From a virus: 64,000 nt of DNA. The notes beneath the pieces are model-generated. The model was not told the DNA's origin and made no database searches. It worked only from the letters and a program-made list of their open reading frames with translations. The stretch spans positions 39,983 through 103,982 of the IMG/VR virus record IMGVR_UViG_3300035034_000989; one strand, written 5' to 3'. A program made the position numbers and the translations under genes. Positions 19,758-29,235 of this stretch are shown here, piece by piece (positions within the stretch are counted from its first letter, which is position 1; each line of letters opens with the position of its first letter).

Positions 19758-20217
19758 ACAATTAACATACGAGCAAATTACTGCACTCGTGCAACATCTA
19801 ATCGTTGAAATTGAAGCGAGCAACTGGGAACCAGAGATTATCGTGGGTGTGTCCCGTGGTGGGCTATTACCTGCCATACTGCTCAGCAATCATTTTGAAT
19901 GCCCGATGCAACCGTTGGTATGGTCTGCAAAAGATCCTAGTGGCAACGAGTGTAACTGCTGGTTACCAGAAGACGCGATTGCCGGCAAGCACACTCTTAT
20001 AGTGGAAGACATAATTGACACAGGCGAGACCATTAAACAAATTATGGAAGACTGGAATTCGTCAGTACACAAACACATTGACTGGGATTCAGTTGTAAAG
20101 GTTGCATGCTTGCACAAGCGTAACGCAACCGAGTTTGTGCCAGCTTATGTTGCTCACATATTAGATAACAATGATCATCAAGTTTACCCATGGGAGAATA
20201 CAAATGCCAACCAATAA
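19747..20217 (+). CDS. type I purine phosphoribosyltransferase (Gpt-like)
   Basis: GVSRGG, LIVEDIIDTGET PRPP motif, VYPWE. Confidence 0.92.
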   Translation: MKTKQLTYEQITALVQHLIVEIEASNWEPEIIVGVSRGGLLPAILLSNHFECPMQPLVWSAKDPSGNECNCWLPEDAIAGKHTLIVEDIIDTGETIKQIMEDWNSSVHKHIDWDSVVKVACLHKRNATEFVPAYVAHILDNNDHQVYPWENTNANQ

Positions 20218-20395
20218 AAGTAAAGAACTAGTCATTACAGACGCAGAACTTAAAGAAGTTGAAGATCCTGTAATGGCCGCCGCACTCATGTTAAAAGAGT
20301 TACGCAGAATGAATGACCGATTGGACACAATCGATTGGAAAACTTGGGAAATGATGAAAAAGATTTCCCCGGAGTCAAACAAACCAGGAAGATGA
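20204..20395 (+). CDS. hypothetical protein
   Basis: GGAG RBS; TIDWKTWEM. Confidence 0.6.
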   Translation: MPTNKSKELVITDAELKEVEDPVMAAALMLKELRRMNDRLDTIDWKTWEMMKKISPESNKPGR

Positions 20396-20742
20396 GTATG
20401 CGCAAATCACAAGACATTGAATTTGAATTCGCAATAGTCGAACCCGAGTACCATAACTTATTCACTTTGCATCACGGGTTCGGGTTAGGTGAGCTTAACG
20501 ACAACATAGAAGCAGGTTTGACCAACAACCTTCTCACAGTACAAATTAAAAAAGATATATATGCACGCGCTTGTATTGACGCTCTCAAAGATGAACAGTT
20601 TGTGCTCAGCATATCGGGAATAGGGTTTGAGTTAAAGTATAACACGCTTTCAATTTCTATTACTGATCACATGGACCTACGCATCGACATAGACATCACT
20701 GCCTGGCCTCCGCTTGCCAGAGGGATAAGTAATGTACTTTAA
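20392..20742 (+). CDS. hypothetical protein
   Basis: ATGA overlap with the previous gene. Confidence 0.6.
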   Translation: MSMRKSQDIEFEFAIVEPEYHNLFTLHHGFGLGELNDNIEAGLTNNLLTVQIKKDIYARACIDALKDEQFVLSISGIGFELKYNTLSISITDHMDLRIDIDITAWPPLARGISNVL

Positions 20743-21130
20743 AATGCCCGATGCACCCACCGAAGAAATAACCATGCTCATGCTGGATGGAAAAATGTTA
20801 TCCACAGAAGATGTAAGAGAGATGGCCACAGGCGGTAACATAAAGTGTCACGTCGAAGGCATGGTAATGTCCATGCTGGTAAGCAATGATTATAGCGAAC
20901 TCATGTACCATTTGCTGAACACCGGTCAATGCACAATGGGATTAGGTCAAACTGAAATTTACCGCATAGTTGGCCCCATCCAAGTCGAAGATACAGAAGG
21001 CAGAAAGTTTTATAGATTATTAGCCAACTTGGTACATATCGAACAGTCAGACGAAACGTGGGGTGGCATTGTTTATAACAAGGGCATAACCAAAATTAGA
21101 AATAAAGCGCAGGTTGACAAGAATGCCTAA
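20732..21130 (+). CDS. hypothetical protein
   Basis: ORF in operon. Confidence 0.6.
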   Translation: MYFKMPDAPTEEITMLMLDGKMLSTEDVREMATGGNIKCHVEGMVMSMLVSNDYSELMYHLLNTGQCTMGLGQTEIYRIVGPIQVEDTEGRKFYRLLANLVHIEQSDETWGGIVYNKGITKIRNKAQVDKNA

Positions 21131-21142
21131 ATGCTGTATAAT
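21114..21142 (+). promoter_or_regulatory. sigma70-like promoter for queE
   Basis: TTGACA-N17-TATAAT. Confidence 0.85.
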
Positions 21143-21168
21143 GCACTGATAACAAATTAAGGATACTC

Positions 21169-22080
21169 ATGGCAGACGAATATAGATACACAGAGCTTTT
21201 TCGTTCTTTCCAAGGCGAAGGAACACACACTGGTAAAAACACATTATGGCTACGCTGGTTCATGTGTAACTTGACTTGTAACGGATTCGGACAAGCAGAT
21301 CCTACTGATCCAAGCACGCATGTACTGCCATATGAAACGTTTGACATAATCGATGTAACAGATTTAGGACAACTTCCTGTTTTTGAATTCGGCTGTGACA
21401 GTTCTTACTCATGGGCTAAAAAATATAAACACTTGGCAAGCAATCACACAGCAGTTGAGATTGCAGATCGACTAGAAGAGAACCTGCGTTCTGTTTTTAA
21501 CCCGCATGGCAAGTTCTTGCATCCGTTAAGCGGCGCTGAAACTCATATGTGCTTTACAGGCGGTGAACCCATGATGCGTAACAGTCAGCGTGGCATAGAA
21601 GCAGTCATGCGCGAGTTGCACACCAGAGGCAACATGCCCAACAATGTAACAATAGAAACCAACGGCACACAGAGAATGACCAAAGAGTTTGGCGAGTTCT
21701 TGGTATGGTTCGAAAGAAATTCAGACAACGGCGAATGGTTCTGGAGTTTTAGTCCTAAGCTGTTTAACACAAGTGGCGAAACTGCACGCAAGGCAATTAA
21801 GCCAGCTGAAGTTGCACATTACCAAGAGTACTCACAAGCAGGGCACTTGAAGTTTGTTGTTAACGGAACGACAGCCACGTGGGAAGAGCTAGAAGCGGTT
21901 GTTAAAGAGTTTCGAGCAGAAGGCATTGAATTTCCAGTTTGGATTATGCCGGTCGGTGCAACCAAAGAAGCCCAGGAAACGGAGCAAGTAAAGATAATTG
22001 TTGCTGAAACCTTGAGCAGAGGTTATAATGTTAGTGGAAGACTCCACGCACACATGCTGGGCAACGAATTAGGAACATAA
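21169..22080 (+). CDS. queE: 7-carboxy-7-deazaguanine synthase (radical SAM)
   Basis: SFQGEG, CNLTC...CDS (long insert), FTGGEP, IETNGT, SPKL, RLH. Confidence 0.93.
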   Translation: MADEYRYTELFRSFQGEGTHTGKNTLWLRWFMCNLTCNGFGQADPTDPSTHVLPYETFDIIDVTDLGQLPVFEFGCDSSYSWAKKYKHLASNHTAVEIADRLEENLRSVFNPHGKFLHPLSGAETHMCFTGGEPMMRNSQRGIEAVMRELHTRGNMPNNVTIETNGTQRMTKEFGEFLVWFERNSDNGEWFWSFSPKLFNTSGETARKAIKPAEVAHYQEYSQAGHLKFVVNGTTATWEELEAVVKEFRAEGIEFPVWIMPVGATKEAQETEQVKIIVAETLSRGYNVSGRLHAHMLGNELGT

Positions 22081-22081
22081 C

Positions 22082-22282
22082 ATGGTTAACAGCTTTATTG
22101 AAGAACAAGTTAAAAAAGGCGCATCACTGATTGAGTTCGAATACGATAACAGTGTATCGGTTACAGAAGTAATCAACGACATTAACCGATCTCTCAAAGA
22201 GCTAGGAATAATCAAAAAATATAAACTATCGATACGCAAGACAATTGTGCGTGTTGAACTTATCAAGGATGACAATGAGTAA
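22082..22282 (+). CDS. hypothetical protein
   Basis: Short ORF in operon. Confidence 0.6.
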   Translation: MVNSFIEEQVKKGASLIEFEYDNSVSVTEVINDINRSLKELGIIKKYKLSIRKTIVRVELIKDDNE

Positions 22283-22895
22283 ACCAACTATACCATTTGG
22301 ATGGATGCCAGGACATTGGGGTCTAAAAGGCAAGACGCGAGATATTGCACAAGCCGAATACGAACTCGAAGGATACGATCTTGAACTTAAACTGCTAAGT
22401 CTAAACAGCAGTCACCTTGATAATCGTGCTGAAGTATTCGAACGCGGCAAGGTAGAGCTTGACTTTAAACACGGCTACATGTCTGAAAGAGATTACGAAT
22501 ACACCGTTGCAAAATACACCGAAGATGAAACCGAGCGCCAGTTAAAACTTCTTGATTTAGACTATCAGTACACTGACATGCGAGATCGAGATTACGACAA
22601 ATCGAAATCTACTATCAAAAAAGAATCTTGGGTAAACGTGATTGATCTTAACGTGCGTGAAGATACCGGTAACTTTGAACTCGATTGGAACGAATACTTT
22701 ATCACAGAACTTGAAGAAACTGGTTTCAAAGGCACAAGTGATGAAGACATTGTTAACAGTTGGTTCAGTCGTATTTGCAGAGACATAGCAATGTCTGAGT
22801 ATTCTGGAACTGGCGACTTTGACGAAAAACTAGCAGAAGTGGAAAGTGGCAGAGACGGTCCTACCGACAAAAACGGTCGGAGAATAATAAAATAA
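22275..22895 (+). CDS. conserved phage protein
   Basis: FELDWNEYFI...DEDIVNSWF...ICR. Confidence 0.75.
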   Translation: MSKPTIPFGWMPGHWGLKGKTRDIAQAEYELEGYDLELKLLSLNSSHLDNRAEVFERGKVELDFKHGYMSERDYEYTVAKYTEDETERQLKLLDLDYQYTDMRDRDYDKSKSTIKKESWVNVIDLNVREDTGNFELDWNEYFITELEETGFKGTSDEDIVNSWFSRICRDIAMSEYSGTGDFDEKLAEVESGRDGPTDKNGRRIIK

Positions 22896-23491
22896 ATATT
22901 TTAAACACCAGTATACCTGGTTGGACATCACCTGCTAAGTTAGAATGTCTTGCTGGATATGCGCGCCAAGTACCCGAGAACGGCTGGATTGTCGAAGTAG
23001 GCACCTTCTGCGGAAGATCAGCGTTTGTACTGGCTGCCAATTCGTTGCCTTCTGTTAAGGTGACATGTATTGATCCCTGGTGTTTTAATGACGGTGACAG
23101 GCTGGTTGCGAAACACTACCTTACCACATACGGCGACAGAGATTGCCACTATTCTCAACAGACGTGTGTTGAAAATCTTGCACAGTTTGGAGATCGGATA
23201 GAGCTTATAAAAACAACCAGTCCTTACTTTCACACTGACTTTGCTGAACGCAAGCCTAATTTGTTTTTTATAGATGGTGACCACAGCGGCGACGTTATTA
23301 AGCGAGAGCTAAAACTGTATTACAATCATTTGGCACCAGGTGGCACAATGTTAATAGACGATTATCAACATCCTGTACATAAAGATTTAAGTAGAGAAGT
23401 AAGAAGCTTTGTGCTACAATACAACTTAGATCTAGTTATAGTTAAAGAGAAAGATCCAAACTCACAATTCGCAATAATCGAGAAATTATGA
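22892..23491 (+). CDS. class I SAM-dependent methyltransferase (Methyltransf_24-like), apparent ATA start
   Basis: IPGW and IVEVGTFCGRS lie upstream of the track start; FIDGDHS, GGTMLIDDY. Confidence 0.85.
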   Translation: MNILNTSIPGWTSPAKLECLAGYARQVPENGWIVEVGTFCGRSAFVLAANSLPSVKVTCIDPWCFNDGDRLVAKHYLTTYGDRDCHYSQQTCVENLAQFGDRIELIKTTSPYFHTDFAERKPNLFFIDGDHSGDVIKRELKLYYNHLAPGGTMLIDDYQHPVHKDLSREVRSFVLQYNLDLVIVKEKDPNSQFAIIEKL

Positions 23492-24525
23492 AATACATAC
23501 ACATTGATAGCATGAACATATTCTTTAGAAGTGTTCACACTTTAAACCCGAACGCTGGCATTGATGCGATGAGCGGCATGGCGCTACACACAATCTTTAA
23601 CTCAGTTAGAAAGGTATGGCGCAAGTTTGGTGCAGACCATGCAGTGTTTCATACAGAAGGTCGTTCGTGGCGCAAGGACTTTTATCCACGCTACAAGCTT
23701 AACCGAAAAGTGGCACAACTGGGAAAAACCGAAACAGAACGCGAAACAGATGAAATACTATTTGAAGCGTATGCTGATATTATTGCCTTCCTCAAAGAGA
23801 AGACCAATACAACTGTGCTACGCTGTTCGACTGCTGAGGCAGATGATACAATTGCATTGTTCATACAGTCGCATCCGGACGATGAGCACATAATTATATC
23901 AACTGACTCGGATTTTATACAGTTGTTAAAGCACGATAACGTTACAATCTACAACGGCGTGTCTGATGTTACAATGACCAAAGCTGGACTAACAGATGAG
24001 AAAGGTCGTGTACTTGAGTTCACTGTTAAAAGTGATAGCAAGTTAAAAGTAGGCAAGCCGAACCCAACATTTAGTCCGGATCCTAGCTGGTACGAGTTTG
24101 CAATGTTTTTAAAAATGATACGTGGCGATAAGTCAGATAACGTTTTCTCTGCATTCCCTGGTGCTAGACTCAAAGGCACACGCAACAAAATTGGTATAAC
24201 AGAAGCGTTTGAAGACCGAGACACAATGGGATTTAACTGGAACAACTTTATGCTACAGCGTTGGGTAGATGAAGAAGGCGTTGAGCATTCTGTTAAAAGC
24301 AAGTATGAAGAAAACAAAAAGCTTATTGATTTAGAAATGCAGCCAGAGCCAGTTCGCGAAGCATGCTTGCTCAACATCAACGAGCAAACAACTGCCAAGA
24401 AAGTGCCACAGGTAGGAATACACTTCATGAAGTTCTGCGGACTTTACGATTTAAGAAAACTGTCTGATAGTGCAACGGAATTTGCATCTATCCTAAACGC
24501 TGGTTACACAGCAAAAGAAGTATAA
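23488..24525 (+). CDS. rnh: RNase H / 5'-3' exonuclease (T4 rnh-like)
   Basis: IDSMN, SWRKDFYPRYK, EADD, STDSDF, GDKSDNV. Confidence 0.93.
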   Translation: MKYIHIDSMNIFFRSVHTLNPNAGIDAMSGMALHTIFNSVRKVWRKFGADHAVFHTEGRSWRKDFYPRYKLNRKVAQLGKTETERETDEILFEAYADIIAFLKEKTNTTVLRCSTAEADDTIALFIQSHPDDEHIIISTDSDFIQLLKHDNVTIYNGVSDVTMTKAGLTDEKGRVLEFTVKSDSKLKVGKPNPTFSPDPSWYEFAMFLKMIRGDKSDNVFSAFPGARLKGTRNKIGITEAFEDRDTMGFNWNNFMLQRWVDEEGVEHSVKSKYEENKKLIDLEMQPEPVREACLLNINEQTTAKKVPQVGIHFMKFCGLYDLRKLSDSATEFASILNAGYTAKEV

Positions 24526-24539
24526 TAAAAGGAATTATC

Positions 24540-25037
24540 ATGGTCAAACTTAAAACGCTTACAAAATCTTCTTGGTTAGTTATCACCGAAGGTACTAACG
24601 AGAAGATCGGATTGTTGTCCGAGCAACGTGACAAGCTCAAGTTTATTGCCAAGGCGGCCAATGCTGAGTTCGATGGTAGACAGGACGTTACCGATTTCTT
24701 CAATCAGAAAGATTTGTTTAACACTGCCATGGAAGTCAAAGAACCCGATGTTGACAGTAAAGAATACTTTGTTAACGGGTTCCCTGTTAAAGCAGGTATT
24801 GCACACGAAATAAAAGACAAGTCAGTAAACACTGGCTTGCCTATATATTCCAAGAGCGAAAACAGCGACAGCTATTATGTAGCAGGTTACTTTTGTTTGA
24901 ACTTCGATGGAATCGGTTGGACGCATGCTTTTTGTCCGCGCTACAATACGTTGGATAAGTACGAACACAGTGGTCCGTACAAAACGGAAGATGAAATGAA
25001 AGCGATACTAAGGAAGCTAAAAAGCTCAGCACAATGA
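24540..25037 (+). CDS. conserved phage protein
   Basis: SYYVAGYFC...FCPR...GPYKTE. Confidence 0.75.
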   Translation: MVKLKTLTKSSWLVITEGTNEKIGLLSEQRDKLKFIAKAANAEFDGRQDVTDFFNQKDLFNTAMEVKEPDVDSKEYFVNGFPVKAGIAHEIKDKSVNTGLPIYSKSENSDSYYVAGYFCLNFDGIGWTHAFCPRYNTLDKYEHSGPYKTEDEMKAILRKLKSSAQ

Positions 25038-25315
25038 AACAACATAAACGTCTTGAAAATATGTTAATGTCAGCCAAGGTGAGAGGAAAGCACTCATTAG
25101 ACCTGAATCTTTCCGAAGCCGGTCAGCTTATCTATGAATATTCCGAATCAGAGAATAGCATAGAGGGATTGGTCAGCCAGATTGAGAATCTTAAACAGAA
25201 ACTAGATCTAGCACAGAAGGCTATGATTGCCCATGCACCTGCTATCAAAACAAATAAAACAAAAGAGTCGACAAAAGCTGAGTTTAATGGTATAATGGAC
25301 GGTGGTAGTTTTTAG
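25034..25315 (+). CDS. hypothetical coiled-coil protein
   Basis: C-terminal MDGGSF. Confidence 0.65.
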   Translation: MKQHKRLENMLMSAKVRGKHSLDLNLSEAGQLIYEYSESENSIEGLVSQIENLKQKLDLAQKAMIAHAPAIKTNKTKESTKAEFNGIMDGGSF

Positions 25316-25340
25316 AAAGGTCATAAAATTGGTAGTTAAC

Positions 25341-25348
25341 GATAAATA
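25341..25348 (+). promoter_or_regulatory. late promoter GATAAATA
   Basis: Upstream of ATG 25382. Confidence 0.6.
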
Positions 25349-25381
25349 TAAGTAGATATCATTAACAACATATGGAATTTT

Positions 25382-25675
25382 ATGGCCAGACCAAAACCAC
25401 AAGTACTAGCTGAATATGTTGATCCGCAGACTTATAAGGCAGAGCAGATACTCAAAGCTGATGCTATATTTGCAGTGTTTTACAAAGGTGAACCGATCAA
25501 CATACGAACATTAAACAAGCTAGTGAGTTACCCAGGACCTAAATACAAAAAGTCCAGTTTCTCAGCACCGGGTCATGCACTTAACTTAGCGGCAAGACTC
25601 AACGAACAATTTAAGTCAGATGATTTTAGTGTCAGGAGATTGATAGGTGGAGAAGAATACACAGGAACAGAATAA
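25382..25675 (+). CDS. conserved phage protein
   Basis: MARPKP, YPGPKYKKSSFS, GHALNLA. Confidence 0.8.
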   Translation: MARPKPQVLAEYVDPQTYKAEQILKADAIFAVFYKGEPINIRTLNKLVSYPGPKYKKSSFSAPGHALNLAARLNEQFKSDDFSVRRLIGGEEYTGTE

Positions 25676-25997
25676 ATCGCGTGAGCGGATTATGAAACTA
25701 CTGGCGGCCGAGTTCGACACCCCCGGGCACGAAATAGAAAAAGCATTTTTTAACTCTAAAAATACGATGGCTTTATCGGAAGTAGGCCATCGTATTATGT
25801 CTAAAGTTTTTAACTTCCACCAATTTAAAATCCAAGGCAAATTGCTAACCAAGCATATCCTAGGTCTTAAACATCTCGAATATCCCTACTACATAACTGA
25901 GCACTGGCTGGTACTTTACAACAGCGAAGATATGACCATGGCCGAATTATACGGCTCCGCTGACGAATTTCTTGACGCCTATGCAGATGACGTTTGA
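25647..25997 (+). CDS. hypothetical protein
   Basis: LEYPYYI...AELYGS. Confidence 0.65.
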   Translation: MEKNTQEQNKSRERIMKLLAAEFDTPGHEIEKAFFNSKNTMALSEVGHRIMSKVFNFHQFKIQGKLLTKHILGLKHLEYPYYITEHWLVLYNSEDMTMAELYGSADEFLDAYADDV

Positions 25998-26056
25998 CTA
26001 ACGGTACTTTCTGCTGTATAGTTACATCATACATTTAGATACCTACATGGTGTGCT

Positions 26057-26893
26057 GTGCCGCAAATAAAAGTCTGGAAACATCCGCGTAAAAAAGCGTA
26101 TACCGAAAACAAGTACGTACACCTTCGTCGGATAAAAGTGGATGCATTAAAAAATTATAGCAAGAAACGTGTCTCGCAGATAACAACAAAACTGCAAGAA
26201 CATGCAAAGACACATGGCCCGTTTACCACTTTGTTGCAGTATCTTAAATTCGTCAACACACATCACTCCCTGGTAGAAAAACTCGAAGCATTAAAATACG
26301 GCGAACACATTAACTCTCGCATGTCAATGTCACTTGGGCTAGCGTTGTTGCTTAACATAACCGAGATACAGATGGCTTATGACGACAATAATAAACTCAT
26401 TGATATTAGACTGATAACACAAGATTACACACGCTATCGCTCGCAGGGGTTGAGTACACTATGCAGTAATCATAAACACATATTTGGTACATCATTTCAA
26501 GCGATACCGCTGGGATCCTGGTTTCAATTTCCGTATTGCAGTGACTTTAGATTTGAAGATGTTGTTGCATTAGGTAAGAACGATCGCATGGCACAAGAAG
26601 CCGAAGTTATTGTCGATCGCCTCGACGGACAAAATATTATCCATCTACCCAAGCATCTTGGCATAAGTGGCGATGCACTGTATGAGTTTAGATGCAAGCT
26701 CATTGATGAACTGTTTGAAGACCGTGAGATAACATACGACACAATTGGAAAGAAAGTGATACTGCTAAAGGACGATTGTGTATATGCAGTTACATTGTTA
26801 TCATTCTCAGTAGACACGGTATATGTATCGCTAAGAGGGCTGGCACTTCCGATACCTAAAGACTGGGTTAAAAACATCATTGGGCATAACTAA
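26057..26893 (+). CDS. hypothetical protein (MPxxKxxxHPR family)
   Basis: GTG start; promoter TTGACT-N17-TATAGT upstream. Confidence 0.65.
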   Translation: MPQIKVWKHPRKKAYTENKYVHLRRIKVDALKNYSKKRVSQITTKLQEHAKTHGPFTTLLQYLKFVNTHHSLVEKLEALKYGEHINSRMSMSLGLALLLNITEIQMAYDDNNKLIDIRLITQDYTRYRSQGLSTLCSNHKHIFGTSFQAIPLGSWFQFPYCSDFRFEDVVALGKNDRMAQEAEVIVDRLDGQNIIHLPKHLGISGDALYEFRCKLIDELFEDREITYDTIGKKVILLKDDCVYAVTLLSFSVDTVYVSLRGLALPIPKDWVKNIIGHN

Positions 26894-27642
26894 TGCCAAT
26901 AGTTAAGTGTTACGTGCATCCTAGGTTTCACAGGCAATATTATACAATCGATGAAAAATCCGAGTATGTAAACGTCTTAAAGAAAGAAGCATACGAGAAC
27001 ATGAAAGACCAGTACTTCGGTGGCAGGTACGATTGGGTGCGAAAATTGTTTGCCGATGATGATTGCTCAGTACCTGCAATCATTTACACCATGAATCATT
27101 TTAGAAAAGACGTTATCAAATCGTTTTCGACTAAGCTTGAACTAGCAGAGTTTGCGCATGCATGGCGCAACAAGAAATTGAAACAACCGTTTGCGATCAG
27201 TAACAATGTGCGCGGCATGTCACGGTACTCAGACGGCACAGTAGACGTCGAAATTGATATTGTGGAGCGGGGCTTTCTTGATTCATTGTGTAAATTTTAT
27301 GACCATCCGCATGGGTTAGAATCATGCATATTTGAGTTGGCTTACGACACCACGCTGTCATTATATGATGGTATATTAACCATTAGAACAGAGGCACCGA
27401 GCATAGTCAATTGGGTCAACAGGCACATTGATCAAGTGAATGTATACCTCGGCATCGAGCACCGAGCCAGCTTCATTGACGATGACGATGACGATGCCGA
27501 TGACTACAATTACTACGATGATAACGTGCCGCATTACGTTAGTGTATTGCACTCGTGGGACATTGAAGATCACTTTGGTGAAATCGAACTCGAACATCAC
27601 ACATGCACAAAATTTGGAGAAAAGCAAAATGCCAATAGTTAA
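26893..27642 (+). CDS. hypothetical protein (MPIVKCY paralog 1)
   Basis: Tandem paralog with Asp-rich tract. Confidence 0.7.
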   Translation: MPIVKCYVHPRFHRQYYTIDEKSEYVNVLKKEAYENMKDQYFGGRYDWVRKLFADDDCSVPAIIYTMNHFRKDVIKSFSTKLELAEFAHAWRNKKLKQPFAISNNVRGMSRYSDGTVDVEIDIVERGFLDSLCKFYDHPHGLESCIFELAYDTTLSLYDGILTIRTEAPSIVNWVNRHIDQVNVYLGIEHRASFIDDDDDDADDYNYYDDNVPHYVSVLHSWDIEDHFGEIELEHHTCTKFGEKQNANS

Positions 27643-28282
27643 GTGTTACGAACATCCTAGGTTCAACCGTAAATATTATCCAGTAGAAGACAAAGCACTC
27701 TACATCGATGACCTCAAGCACGAAGCATTCGAGATAATGAAATCAAAATGGTTCGAGAGAGAGTTCCCCATTATACAGAGGTTGATAGGCAACAACTTCC
27801 GTAGCATGCACCACGTGTTCGATCACATGAACTATTTTAGAGAAGAAACAATGAAATCGTTTTGTTGGGACGTTAGTTTTGGTGAGTACAGTGCAATGTG
27901 GTCACGCAGACAATTCTATCGTCCGATTGTGGTGTCGGACCACGTGCATAGTATATGTGTATATGATCCCGAAGATAAGCCTCACCATTGTGTAATTGTA
28001 TTAAATGTTATTGACTGGGGATATTTAGAAGCAATGAGCCATGTTAATTTTCGTAAACTGACTTCAACTATACTTGGTAAGGATTATGACTCAGAAATTG
28101 ATATAGACTTCAAAGAAAATAGAATAACTTTTTACACACAGCAACCAGACTTGGTGAGTTGTTCCCGCATGTATGTTGACCAGGTGAATGCATATCGGTA
28201 TATAGAAGGTGCCAACAAAAGAATCGTCGGATTAGGAAGCGAAAACATAAATGACTACTTTGGAAAAATTAGACTTTATTAA
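27629..28282 (+). CDS. hypothetical protein (MPIVKCY paralog 2)
   Basis: First 22 nt identical to paralog 1; GGAG RBS. Confidence 0.7.
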   Translation: MPIVKCYEHPRFNRKYYPVEDKALYIDDLKHEAFEIMKSKWFEREFPIIQRLIGNNFRSMHHVFDHMNYFREETMKSFCWDVSFGEYSAMWSRRQFYRPIVVSDHVHSICVYDPEDKPHHCVIVLNVIDWGYLEAMSHVNFRKLTSTILGKDYDSEIDIDFKENRITFYTQQPDLVSCSRMYVDQVNAYRYIEGANKRIVGLGSENINDYFGKIRLY

Positions 28283-28487
28283 AGTTCTTAAGGGACTAAA
28301 AATAAACGTCATACTGAAAGAAACAACGGTTGACTGTTACCCTGGCAGAATGTATGCTTTAGACAGTGCCGGTCACTTGGTGGGTTATTGGTCAGAGCTA
28401 AATGGCTACGTGATGTTCGATGCACCCATGAAAAGGTTCTCAAAGTCACGCAGGCAGTTTCAGAAGATTAAACTTGAGGACTTATAA
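28251..28487 (+). CDS. hypothetical protein
   Basis: LKETT...FSKSRRQF pattern of small phage proteins. Confidence 0.65.
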   Translation: MTTLEKLDFIKVLKGLKINVILKETTVDCYPGRMYALDSAGHLVGYWSELNGYVMFDAPMKRFSKSRRQFQKIKLEDL

Positions 28488-29068
28488 TGTTACACGCCAA
28501 AGCGTCGCAAGAACATAAAAGAATACTTAAACAACATCAGAAAGAGTGTAACTATGTTACAGCACGTATTGCCGCGATAAAAGCCGACGACATGCGAATG
28601 GCTGAAGCCGACGACATATACAGCATGAGCATTGAGCAGTTTCTCAAATGGTTTGATACTAACTCACCTCGCTTGTTTCAGTCTGTTGCTTATAGTCGAA
28701 TTAAAAATAAGTCGATGTACAGCTTTCGGCATTATGTAGCAAGAAGAAGAAAGATACGCAATTGCGAACATAGAACCAGCGTGTCCCTTGTTCGTGCAAA
28801 CTCCAGGCTAAGAACTAGCTTTACTGTACACAACGGTCCTGCACGCCATTTTGGTAGCACCATGTTGTTTGCCGGTGCATTAACAATACAAGAACTGCCG
28901 TTTGCACAGGGCGATTTGCAATACTGCATACAGTTCAGTGGAAAGTTTCACGCGATAGTAGATCAGTTCCTAACAGAACTTAAACCAGATGCGGTCATGC
29001 GTGCATTACAGGATGTTAAATCTACTGCCATTTATCATATGCAGTCGAAAACTGTTTACTCATACTAA
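28487..29068 (+). CDS. hypothetical protein
   Basis: GAGG RBS. Confidence 0.6.
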   Translation: MLHAKASQEHKRILKQHQKECNYVTARIAAIKADDMRMAEADDIYSMSIEQFLKWFDTNSPRLFQSVAYSRIKNKSMYSFRHYVARRRKIRNCEHRTSVSLVRANSRLRTSFTVHNGPARHFGSTMLFAGALTIQELPFAQGDLQYCIQFSGKFHAIVDQFLTELKPDAVMRALQDVKSTAIYHMQSKTVYSY

Positions 29069-29087
29069 AATAAATTATATTAATTGG

Positions 29088-29196
29088 TTGACGTATGTTT
29101 ACACGATGCTATACTTACTGGACTTAGAAATAAGCAACTTAGTCGAAAGAAAGAAATACAAGTTTTAGTTGACACAAACAAATACTTTGCTATACT
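29088..29196 (+). promoter_or_regulatory. two tandem sigma70-like promoters
   Basis: TTGACG-N16-TATACT and TTGACA-N16-TATACT, both with extended TG. Confidence 0.8.
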
Positions 29197-29235
29197 AATA
29201 ACACATTAACTTAGTCACAACAATAGGAGAGACAC

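Noticed and set aside
27477-27524. GAT/GAC-rich repeat
   Set aside because: Low-complexity Asp codons inside a CDS
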